NCBI GenBank assembly: GCA_046482545.1
Contig: JAWOEX010000010.1
Span: 128,001-192,000 of the forward strand
Source of the DNA: Candidatus Thorarchaeota archaeon
Lineage (GTDB): Archaea > Asgardarchaeota > Thorarchaeia > Thorarchaeales > Thorarchaeaceae
Direction: 5' to 3'
Length of the DNA: 64,000 nucleotides
The notes under the pieces are model-generated. The model was not told where the DNA came from and made no database searches. It was given only the letters and a program-made list of their open reading frames with translations. Of this stretch, positions 49,405-57,570 are shown piece after piece; position 1 is the first letter of the stretch, and each line of letters starts with the position of its first letter. The position numbers and the translations under genes were made by a program.

Positions 49405-50355
49405 CTACCCGATAGGGCCAAATGTCTCCTTCAGCCATTGAATGTACTCTTTCACTCCTTGTTCTAGTGGGATCTCTGGTTTCCATCCGTATGATTTGAG
49501 TAGGCTGATATCGATGTCCGTTATGACTACATCTCCAGACCATCCTCTTTTTGAGCCGGTATACTCAATCGAGGCATCAGGGACGCCCGCTGCTTCACAA
49601 ACCAGTTCGGCAATCCTAGCCACCTTCAATCGTTCACCAGATCCTACGTTGATAGGCTGATAACCCTCTTGCATCTTTTCTGCAAGAAGCATAGTGGCAG
49701 CAACAGTGTCACTGACATACATGTAGGACTTCTCTTGTTGGCCATCTCCCAAGACCTCAAGGCAAGTAGGGTCCCGTTTCAGTTTCATATAGAAATCATA
49801 CATCACACCATGAGTTGAACGTGGACCGATTATGTTGGCTAGCCGCATGCTCACGGAGTTGATTCCATACAGTTCAGCATAGGAAGATAGGTACATTTCA
49901 ACAGCGCCTTTCGCAGCACCATAGTTGCTAATCGGGCGGAAAGGTGTGTTTTCTGGTGTCGGGAATACGTCGATCTGTCCATATACTGTACCTCCTGAAG
50001 ATGCAAAGATGAATCGGTTGATGTCTCGCTCGCGCATGGCCTCAAGGATGTTGATAGTTCCAACCACATTGATTCTAAAATCGAGTAAGGGTTGGTCCAC
50101 ACTTAACCGAACATCTGGTTGAGCTGCTAAATGGAAGACTGTATCGACTCCTTCTAGGGCGGAATCAATGTCCTCCTCAATCGTTATGGATCCTTCAATA
50201 AAACGGAAGTGCTCTTTCTCCTCATGATGTACTATATTCCCGCGTTCTCCTCCAGAAAGGTCATCGAGCACTATCACCTCGTGTTCATCGATTAGACTGT
50301 CTACCAAGTGGCTACCAATGAACCCTGCACCGCCAGTAACTAGTACACGCTTCAA
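49405..50355 (-). CDS. NAD-dependent epimerase/dehydratase (UDP-glucose 4-epimerase-like)
   Basis: TGGAGFIGSH, HLAA, YGAAK motifs. Confidence 0.95.
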   Translation of the reverse strand: MKRVLVTGGAGFIGSHLVDSLIDEHEVIVLDDLSGGERGNIVHHEEKEHFRFIEGSITIEEDIDSALEGVDTVFHLAAQPDVRLSVDQPLLDFRINVVGTINILEAMRERDINRFIFASSGGTVYGQIDVFPTPENTPFRPISNYGAAKGAVEMYLSSYAELYGINSVSMRLANIIGPRSTHGVMYDFYMKLKRDPTCLEVLGDGQQEKSYMYVSDTVAATMLLAEKMQEGYQPINVGSGERLKVARIAELVCEAAGVPDASIEYTGSKRGWSGDVVITDIDISLLKSYGWKPEIPLEQGVKEYIQWLKETFGPIG

Positions 50356-50403
50356 GTTTCATCACAACGATTCTGGTGGTCTCTATCCAAAGCATAAAGG
50401 TTC

Positions 50404-51009
50404 CTACACGCTGAACCGCGAGTCTGAAAGGACAGCCTCCAAGAATGATAGAGCCGTGGGGTCCTTTTCCGTCCTATTCCATTCCTTTATGAACTCCTTG
50501 AAAATCTCCATCTCTTCGGTAACGCGTTGGCCGAGTCTTTGTAGATGTGAGGCTTTCACGTAGTCTCCTTCCCCCAGTCCCGAGCATATATGCTTCATCG
50601 CATTCAATCCCCAAGCCAGTTCGCCATTCTTGCGACCGAAAACGAACGGGAATGATTTACATACACCGGGCCGATAGGGATAAATCATGCACTTGTTCTC
50701 TCTTAGGAAGATACAGCCAGTATCTTCGATTTTTTTCAGTGCAACATATGCTCGACCCTTTTCAGTTTCAACTGAGGGAATTTTTCTAAGGCCCCGTGGT
50801 ACACTTTCATTTTCACCAAGGATGTAAAAATCAATTGCCCTCAGGAGCTCCGTAGCGGTTAAATCCAGCAATTTCGCTATTCTTACAATATCTGTACCTG
50901 TCAATGTCACAAGCATGTTTTCCTGAGTACAACAGGCGGCACATCCCGTACATTCGAAACGTACATCGACAGTTGTAGAGTCATCGGTTTCTTGCTTGCT
51001 GGTTGACAT
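50404..51009 (-). CDS. YkgJ-family cysteine cluster protein
   Basis: CTGCAACC..CIFL..CMIY..RP..CKSFPF. Confidence 0.9.
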   Translation of the reverse strand: MSTSKQETDDSTTVDVRFECTGCAACCTQENMLVTLTGTDIVRIAKLLDLTATELLRAIDFYILGENESVPRGLRKIPSVETEKGRAYVALKKIEDTGCIFLRENKCMIYPYRPGVCKSFPFVFGRKNGELAWGLNAMKHICSGLGEGDYVKASHLQRLGQRVTEEMEIFKEFIKEWNRTEKDPTALSFLEAVLSDSRFSV

Positions 51010-51023
51010 CTCTAAGCTATAAC

Positions 51024-52190
51024 TCACATCAAGGTCTGTAAATATTTGTTTACCTTTGTAAGCCCTTCCTCAATAACGTCCATGCTAGTAGCAAAGCTGA
51101 AGCGTAGGTTGCTGTCGTAATCTGTTCCAAATACAGTCCCCGGAACCGAGGTGACGCCAGCTTTGAGAAGCAGCATCTCTGCGAGTGTTGCACTGCTTAT
51201 TCCATAATGTGAGAAATCAGGAAACACATAGAAAGCCCCTGCAGGATTCACGCAATCGACGCCCTCCATGGAATAGAAGATATCGATAATTCGGTCGCGT
51301 CTTTTCTGGTATTCCGCCCGCATCTGATCGATACCACTCTGATCGCCTTCCAATGCTTCAACTCCAGCATATTGTACGAACGATGCTGCGCATGAGGTAG
51401 TGTTCTGCTGAATTCGAACCATATTATCTATGGTCACAGCATTTCCAATAGCGTATCCGAGACGCCAACCGGTCATCGCGTAAGCCTTCGAGAAACCGTT
51501 GATTATGACAGTATGCTGAAGAGCGGGGTCAATTTCAAGCATCGAGGGTTGCTCGAAGCCATCAAAGACCAATTCTTCATAGATTTCGTCGCTAAATACG
51601 ACAATATCATGGTCTATTGCCAAATCATGGATAAAACGCAGGTCGTCCTTATTTATGACGCCTCCAGTCGGATTGTTCGGGCTGTTGATAACCAGGCCTC
51701 TAACATCCTTGTTCAGAGCTGTTTTGAGAGATTCTCTATCAAGGCGGTAATCAGAATCTGTTGACACATCAATAGGAATTCCACCGGCTGTTCTCGTCAA
51801 TACACGATAGGTTGGCCAAGCAGGAGCCAAAATCAGGACATCATCACCGCGGTCGATTGTAGATAATATGGCCCCGAAAAGAGCCATTTTCGCGCCTGGA
51901 GTAACAACCACTTGTTGCTCAGGATCAAAATCCATGCCACGGTCCGCGTACACATCTGCTATTGCCTTCCGAAGAGGGGGATGACCCCTCGCTGAAAGAT
52001 AGCGTGTATGTCCCGCGTCGAGTGCGTCTTTCGCAGCCTTGACAATATTGGCAGGCGTATCGAAATCAGGTTGGCCCACCTCGAAATGGTAGACTTTCTT
52101 GCCCTCAGCCTCCAACTTGTTTGCCAAGTCAAACATTTTCAGCGTTCCAGAAGCAGGAATACGCTCCATATGGTGCGATGGCCATGCCAT
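51024..52190 (-). CDS. Class I PLP-dependent aminotransferase (aspartate aminotransferase-like)
   Basis: GQPDF, NSPNNPTG, DEIY, SKAYAMTGWRLG motifs. Confidence 0.95.
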   Translation of the reverse strand: MAWPSHHMERIPASGTLKMFDLANKLEAEGKKVYHFEVGQPDFDTPANIVKAAKDALDAGHTRYLSARGHPPLRKAIADVYADRGMDFDPEQQVVVTPGAKMALFGAILSTIDRGDDVLILAPAWPTYRVLTRTAGGIPIDVSTDSDYRLDRESLKTALNKDVRGLVINSPNNPTGGVINKDDLRFIHDLAIDHDIVVFSDEIYEELVFDGFEQPSMLEIDPALQHTVIINGFSKAYAMTGWRLGYAIGNAVTIDNMVRIQQNTTSCAASFVQYAGVEALEGDQSGIDQMRAEYQKRRDRIIDIFYSMEGVDCVNPAGAFYVFPDFSHYGISSATLAEMLLLKAGVTSVPGTVFGTDYDSNLRFSFATSMDVIEEGLTKVNKYLQTLM

Positions 52191-52257
52191 TATTGGTCAC
52201 CTTGCATTTAGTGCACTTAGGTAGTAGGAGGCGGTCATTGGTTCTTTATTACTATTT

Positions 52258-53088
52258 TCATGAGAACTTCGAAAAAACCTGCATCAACTGCTCTTTCTGA
52301 TAGTCTGTACCAAGAATCTGTATTCGGTCGAGCATGGCTTCGCCCAGACCTTCACGATAGGCACGGAGAATATGGTCAATAGCCAAAGGATCGATGCCAT
52401 ATAATCCAGCACAGAAAGCGTCAAGAGCCAGTATATCAAGGCCAAGGGCTACACCGCCCAAATGGCGAGTCTCTCTATTTTCTCTAGGTCCGATAATTAT
52501 TTCGGCTAAATCCATGACGGTGAGATCTGATTGATATGTACCAAGCAGGTCCATGAGTACATCGGTTATCTGGTCGTGGTATATCGATTTGTCTTCTTCA
52601 GGCAGCAAGCCGAAAAGGTTTTTGATGGCACCACTGTATGTGGAGATTTTGGGCTCAACCTTGGGAGTAGCAACATTGATGAAAAAGACGTTGCCATGCA
52701 GCAATTCGGGCATTTCTTTCTCTTCGAAATAGTTTCCGGGCATATCAACTGGAACCAATTCAGCCTCAGATAGATTGACAAGATTCACCCGATTGGACTC
52801 TAGTTCGTCATACCCGCATTTCGAGAATGCAGCCCAGGTGGTTCTTAGAGGGTTGTCACTCTCGACTATATAGACAGGTGCAACCTCTTCAAAAGAGTAC
52901 ACAATTGCCTTAAGTAGCTCCAATGAAGTGTTTCCGGGTAAATCAGGATCATAAATTGAGGGTTTGATTAAAATTCGGTCCAGAGGGCTCTGAAACGGAA
53001 GGGGTTCAGTCATCTTTGAAAGGGCCTTGTTGAGTGTCTCCCGTGGGTTTCTACGAACGGCAATGGCCACTTGCGACCCTGAAATCAT
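52258..53088 (-). CDS. DUF362 domain protein
   Basis: ILIKP, ES, SGAIKNLFG, D..ALDA motifs. Confidence 0.85.
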   Translation of the reverse strand: MISGSQVAIAVRRNPRETLNKALSKMTEPLPFQSPLDRILIKPSIYDPDLPGNTSLELLKAIVYSFEEVAPVYIVESDNPLRTTWAAFSKCGYDELESNRVNLVNLSEAELVPVDMPGNYFEEKEMPELLHGNVFFINVATPKVEPKISTYSGAIKNLFGLLPEEDKSIYHDQITDVLMDLLGTYQSDLTVMDLAEIIIGPRENRETRHLGGVALGLDILALDAFCAGLYGIDPLAIDHILRAYREGLGEAMLDRIQILGTDYQKEQLMQVFSKFS

Positions 53089-53319
53089 ACCTGCCTTTAG
53101 CACAGACTAACCCTTTAAGTTGATGTTTTGCAGGTTAGAATCGCCATGACTCTAAGTGGTGACGAACGAACCAGATACTCGAGAATGCTGCCACTGAGGC
53201 ATTTTGATGAGAGCAAGATGGAGTCCATCAAAGAAACAAAGAGTTGCAGTGGCTGGCACTGGCGGTTTGGGATGCAACTTGCGCAGACTGCTTACTTCGT
53301 TCGGATTCGGACATATCAA

Positions 53320-53759
53320 GATAACCCGTTTCTTACAGTTGAGTGAGTGGATCCAACTGAGGAAACTTCTGTGTTCCACCCTTCCCCTGCCAGCGTCACC
53401 GCCCCCAAGGTACCCGTAGGCCCTCGGGTCAGCAGGGGCTTTGTCCACGTTCACCGGAATAGGATTCCTCCCGCGGTCCTGGCTTCCTTCTCCTGTCGAA
53501 CTCCGGTACATCACTCCCGGCGACAGCGAGTTCTTCCACAGTTCTTACCACGGCGTGGTCATGATCACCCACCTCAGCCTTGTCGCCGTAGCTGAGGAGA
53601 TCCATCTGGACATGGTGAACAGCCGCGGACTCTCCAGGGTCTGATGGGACCCCTCGTTCGGAGAGTAAGGACTTCTGCTTAGAAGACGACGTCTTCCTCA
53701 CAGCCTTCGGGGCTGGGCGCTTCTCCCGTGGGGGAGTGGCTCACCGCCCTAGTCCTACT
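53320..53759 (-). ncRNA. Candidate ~440-nt structured RNA, copy A
   Basis: TTTATTAG box 22 nt before AGTAGGAC; many stems shared with copy B through compensatory changes. Confidence 0.6.
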
Positions 53760-54005
53760 AGACCGGACTCCCGTACTAGGCCTAATAAACTCCCCTGCTT
53801 GAGAGAGAATCGTTACAGGAAATCTTACAGATATTTTACACTTTTCCACTCGGATTTTTTACGATTTTTGTAAAATTTACCCTTTCAAGACCTTTGTAAA
53901 TCGTACAGAATCCTAAATAAATCAGCACAGTAGAGTGTAAGATTTCATCGAGCCCTTTTCGTGACCAAAAAGGAGTTTAGTAGACAGACAACCGTACTGG
54001 ATATC

Positions 54006-54441
54006 AGTAGGACCAGGCAAGTGGGCTAGCGCAGAAGCGCGAAGCACGCGGCTGAAAGATGTGAGGAAGTCCTGTGATTCTAAGCGGAAGTCCTTACTCT
54101 CCACAAAGAGAGCTTCATCGAACTCAGGAGGGTCCGCGGCTGTTCACCATGTCCAGATGGACCTTCTCATCTACGCTGACAAGGCTTATTCGGGTGATTG
54201 TGACCACGCCATGGTAAGAACTGTGGGAAACGTCGTTATCGCCGGAGTGACGACCCGGGATGACGACGGGAGGATGAAGCCAAGACCGCAGGAGGAATCC
54301 CAATCCGATGAACGTGTGCAAAGCCTCTGCTTGCTCAAGGACTGAGAAGTATCTTGGGGCGGCGACCTTAGCAGGGGAAGGATGGAACACAGGAGTTTCC
54401 TCAGTTGGATTCACTCACTCAACTGTAAGAAACATGTTATC
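54006..54441 (+). ncRNA. Candidate ~436-nt structured RNA, copy B
   Basis: TTTAGTAG box (53976-53983) 22 nt before AGTAGGAC; same stems as copy A. Confidence 0.6.
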
Positions 54442-54622
54442 CGGAGCTACTTCGAATCGTGACTGGAATTCAAGTGCGTGAAGCGGTACTGCTCGCTACA
54501 TCTCGCAAGACCGAGCATATGGAGGTGCTGATGACAGTAGACTTGACTTCGCTAACTGTTGATAGGTTTGAAATTGCAAAGGATGCCAACTGCAAGATTT
54601 GCTCTTGATTAAAGATACAATC

Positions 54623-55654
54623 CTATGCTCCGAAGAAGAGTCTTCTGGCTCTCTTTCTCCGCTCATCTTCGTCTTCTTCACCTTGGGGCGGTGGTGGTGG
54701 TGGAGGTTCGGAGCGATTTTGCTTCTTAGAAGATTCGTTTTGGTCAACCTTGCCTTCTTCGTCATGGACTTCTCTCTCAACTACACTTGTTGATTCATCT
54801 GATGCTTTCTCTTCAACTGAGGAGTCGTCCAATGGACTCCGGGTCTCTTCCTTTTCGGGGGGACTATCTGATTCCTTTTCGGAGGCTCCATATGGTGAAG
54901 CTACCCTAGGAGTCAATGCATCTTCATAGTCGTCCCAGCTAAAATCATCTTCCGTTTCTTCTTCTGATTCAGGTGCCATAGTATCTTCTGATGTTTCCAT
55001 TGAGGAGGGGACTTGATCGGAAGATTCGATTTCAGTTTCGGCTTCCTCAGTGGGTTGCTCATATTCATCCTCCTCGGCAGTTGATTTCATAGATTCTGGT
55101 TCAGCAAGGTGGAACTCCTTCGTGAAATCCTTGAAGGTTTCAGGCTCTGAAGGTTCTTCATCAGTGGATACGGACTTCTCGCCTTCTACGGGTTCAGCAA
55201 CATCTGATTCTGAGACCGAAGCAGATTCTTGTGTTTCGGAATCTTCTGGGAACAAATCCATTTCTGTGTCTAATCCTTTCTCCTCACTCACAACACTTGG
55301 TGCAACTGATTCTCCAGTTGGCATTTCGAAAGAGGGTTCTTCTAGCGATGCAGAGGGTGTTTCAGTCACGCTTTCATCGGTAGGAACCTCGTCGCTGAAA
55401 CTGGGCTCTTCAACCAACTCACTGGATGATTCTACTGGAAGACCTTCTTCATCATCACGAAAGTTAATACCCAAAGCATAGCTTAAGCATTCCTCGCAGC
55501 GTTTTGCAGCTGCAATGAGACCGTCATTGATGAAATCATCGAGACTTCTGGCTCGGTCAGGGTGGCGTTGAGACCACTTGAGAAAACTGTCTACCATACG
55601 CAAAGCGTCTCGGACTCCAAGCCAATATGATTCGTCCTTTTTATGTGAAGTCAA
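54623..55654 (-). CDS. Protein with helical N-terminus, long acidic disordered region and polyproline tail
   Basis: E/S/D-rich middle; EPPPPPPPQ..RARRLFFGA C-terminus. Confidence 0.85.
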   Translation of the reverse strand: MTSHKKDESYWLGVRDALRMVDSFLKWSQRHPDRARSLDDFINDGLIAAAKRCEECLSYALGINFRDDEEGLPVESSSELVEEPSFSDEVPTDESVTETPSASLEEPSFEMPTGESVAPSVVSEEKGLDTEMDLFPEDSETQESASVSESDVAEPVEGEKSVSTDEEPSEPETFKDFTKEFHLAEPESMKSTAEEDEYEQPTEEAETEIESSDQVPSSMETSEDTMAPESEEETEDDFSWDDYEDALTPRVASPYGASEKESDSPPEKEETRSPLDDSSVEEKASDESTSVVEREVHDEEGKVDQNESSKKQNRSEPPPPPPPQGEEDEDERRKRARRLFFGA

Positions 55655-55713
55655 CTATTGCACCATCTCCACTTTAGACATGCTTATGAAAAAAGCCTTT
55701 GTATCACTGCTTG

Positions 55714-56181
55714 CTATTTCTCGTTTCCTGCTTGATTCCGAGCATCAAGAAGACGCCCGACCAGTTCATCAAGGGCGTATGCTATTTCATTCCGCGTGAA
55801 TTCATCCACGCGGGATGACTCGCAGATGATAACCTTAACAGGTGTTTCCTTCCCGATTTCGTCTTTAATTTCGTTTCTATAGACCTCTTCAATATCTGGA
55901 TCCTTTTCAGGCATTACAATGAGCGCGGCACTTGCGCCCCTGAATGTAACACCCAGAAGAACATCTAGAGCAGAGTGTTTGGGTGACATCAGTAGCATGC
56001 GTACATCGGAATCGTCAGTCTCTACCTGTGCGCTACTGATTCTGATTCCGTCCAGAGAGATGACCTGTTCGTTTAAGACCGAAAGAACATCCATAACTAG
56101 GTCGTCATCGGGGCCGACTACTGTTATCTTGAAAGCAAAGCTTCCCTTTTCGTCGACGCTATCAATATCTTCAGATTTCAA
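55714..56181 (-). CDS. Degenerate Rab/Ras-fold small GTPase-like protein
   Basis: FKITVVG..FRGASAALIV..P.KVI; G1/G3/G4 motifs absent; TTG start 56181 after GAGG. Confidence 0.7.
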   Translation of the reverse strand: MKSEDIDSVDEKGSFAFKITVVGPDDDLVMDVLSVLNEQVISLDGIRISSAQVETDDSDVRMLLMSPKHSALDVLLGVTFRGASAALIVMPEKDPDIEEVYRNEIKDEIGKETPVKVIICESSRVDEFTRNEIAYALDELVGRLLDARNQAGNEK

Positions 56182-56296
56182 TAATCGGCATCCTCTTTCA
56201 AAAACTTCACTCACTTGGAAATAAGTCTTCTCAATGCACCTTTTGCATAAGCTAACGTTGATAAAGTCATCTTGTTGGGTTGAAGAGTGAGATTGA

Positions 56297-56650
56297 ATGA
56301 AATTGACTACAAGGCAAGAAGTATTTGAAGCGCTGGAACCCGTCAAGGATCCAGAGCACCCGGTATCAGTAACGGACGAGCGCATGGGTATTGTAAAAAA
56401 AGAATATATCGAAGTTGAAGACGAGAAAATTCGAGTTGACTTCAAGCCGACTGTACCCTATTGCCCCATGGGCGGACTGATTGGAGTCCTAATTCGCAAC
56501 AGGTTGGAAGAAGTCTATCCAGATATGGATATCGAAGTCCGAGTTTTGCCAGGTTCGCATTCCCAAGAATCAGCGGTTAACGAGATGGTCAGTAATGACG
56601 AAAAATACGAGAATGTGCTAGGCCAGATGAGAAGCAGAGGAATGATTTAA
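56297..56650 (+). CDS. Fe-S cluster assembly protein, MIP18/FAM96 (DUF59)-like
   Basis: DPEHP, FKPTVPYCPMGGLIG, PGSH..E.AVN motifs. Confidence 0.88.
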   Translation: MKLTTRQEVFEALEPVKDPEHPVSVTDERMGIVKKEYIEVEDEKIRVDFKPTVPYCPMGGLIGVLIRNRLEEVYPDMDIEVRVLPGSHSQESAVNEMVSNDEKYENVLGQMRSRGMI

Positions 56651-56704
56651 TCGTCAGGCTAAAAGAAGACAAAGAATTCACTAGGTCTTTCAGAAGAACG
56701 AGGT

Positions 56705-57079
56705 GTGATCTCTATGGAATTCCCGGAGAAGCTCGTGATAACGGGTTTCATTTTGGTGACTCTGGGAATAGCTATCCTAGGTTTACTTGGGGCAAGCGAG
56801 GGAAATGGCTTCTTTGTCGTGTTCCCATTCTTCTTCTTTGGAAGTACTGATGACACAGCAATTCTTCCGTTTATTGTCATGCTTGTCATCAATGTTTTGA
56901 TTTTTGGATTGCTTCTATGCTGGGGTAACCGTCTTTGGAAGCAAAGTCGGGAAGGGAGCGAATGTGCATTGCTAGTTGAAGGAAAATGCAGATTTTGTGG
57001 CTCTCCAATCCCAAAAGGTTCGGAATATTGCCCAAGTTGTGGGAAAGCGATTAGATATATGGATGATGAAATCGCTTGA
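56705..57079 (+). CDS. Membrane protein with C-terminal zinc ribbon
   Basis: Two or three TM segments; CRFCG..YCPSCG. Confidence 0.8.
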   Translation: MISMEFPEKLVITGFILVTLGIAILGLLGASEGNGFFVVFPFFFFGSTDDTAILPFIVMLVINVLIFGLLLCWGNRLWKQSREGSECALLVEGKCRFCGSPIPKGSEYCPSCGKAIRYMDDEIA

Positions 57080-57105
57080 AAAGAGCGACTAGGAATCGAT
57101 GAATT

Positions 57106-57570
57106 ATGCCGTACATAAGGGAAGTATCCAAAGATGACCTCGAAGCGATAAAGGAAATCGAGACATCCTGCTTTCCAGTCCCTTGGAACCCTGAGGTTTT
57201 CGATATCCTAGCACGATGGGAGGGGACAATTCCATTGAAAGGTGAGCGAATACTACACATGAAGGTCCTTGAAGACGACGGCAGATTATGCGGCTATGTG
57301 GTGTGGGAAGAAAATAGCGAAGATTCTGAAGGACACCTCATGAATATCGCGATTGCCAATGATAGCCGGGGGCGGGGATTTGGAAAGAAGCTTCTGGAAC
57401 ATGTTCTCAAATCCCTGCGAGCTAGCGGTTCTACTGAATGCTGGCTTGAGGTAAGATCAGGAAATGAGAGCGCCAGATCCCTTTATGAAAGCATGGGGAT
57501 GAGGGCAAGTGAACGCATCCCCAATTATTACGACAACGAAGACGCCATAATATACCGAATTGATCTATGA
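57106..57570 (+). CDS. rimI: RimI/Ard1-type N-acetyltransferase
   Basis: IE..CF..PW, NIAI..RGRGFG, LEVRSGN..A..LY, YY..EDA motifs. Confidence 0.9.
   Translation: MPYIREVSKDDLEAIKEIETSCFPVPWNPEVFDILARWEGTIPLKGERILHMKVLEDDGRLCGYVVWEENSEDSEGHLMNIAIANDSRGRGFGKKLLEHVLKSLRASGSTECWLEVRSGNESARSLYESMGMRASERIPNYYDNEDAIIYRIDL

Larger units (their letters stand above)
53320..54441. mobile_element. 1.12-kb quasi-palindromic insertion: two ~510-bp inverted units around a 106-bp AT-rich spacer
   Basis: 53320-53829 aligns with the reverse complement of 53936-54441 (about three-quarters identical in the core, by eye); both outer ends GATAAC/GTTATC; interrupts a gene. Confidence 0.8.
53146..54608 (+). pseudogene. 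ThiF/MoeB (E1-like) gene: frameshifted, interrupted, central part missing
   Basis: 5' part MTLSGDERTRYSR..(frameshift ~53239)..VAVAGTGGLGC..GFGHIK ends ~53320; 3' part PELLRIVTGIQVREAV..KDANCKICS* at 54441-54608. Confidence 0.85.

Noticed and set aside
53320-53514. Peptide PIPVNVDKAPADPRAY..VEHR resembles the IS6 transposase INTDKAPAY..VEHR region
   Set aside because: The frame is not maintained in copy B (Asp lost, stop/indel), there is no downstream NN.IE motif and no IS6-type ends. Treated as coincidence pending BLASTX.
53429-54345. Paralogous 90/94-aa ORFs (53429-53701 -, 54061-54345 +) and other ORFs inside the repeat arms as real proteins
   Set aside because: Differences are clustered and often non-synonymous, stops and small indels differ between copies, and the changes preserve base pairing. 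Not fully excluded.
54006-54441. RNase P RNA (GAGGAAGTCC near the 5' end) or SRP RNA
   Set aside because: No complementary P4 3' strand (GGCUUA type), the motif is not kept in copy A, no SRP helix-8 motif, and multiple gene-disrupting copies are unlike these RNAs
53320-54441. ORF-less group II intron (GAACGTGG..AAGCC, GGGGAAGGG and ACTCAAC resemble intron motifs) or integron attC site
   Set aside because: No GTGYG 5' end and no domain V on either strand; conservation runs past ACTCAAC; the ends do not fit RYYYAAC/GTTRRRY
54623-54660. RRLFF resembles the cyclin-binding RxL motif of p21/p107
   Set aside because: Too short to be significant, and no cyclin/CDK evidence in the window
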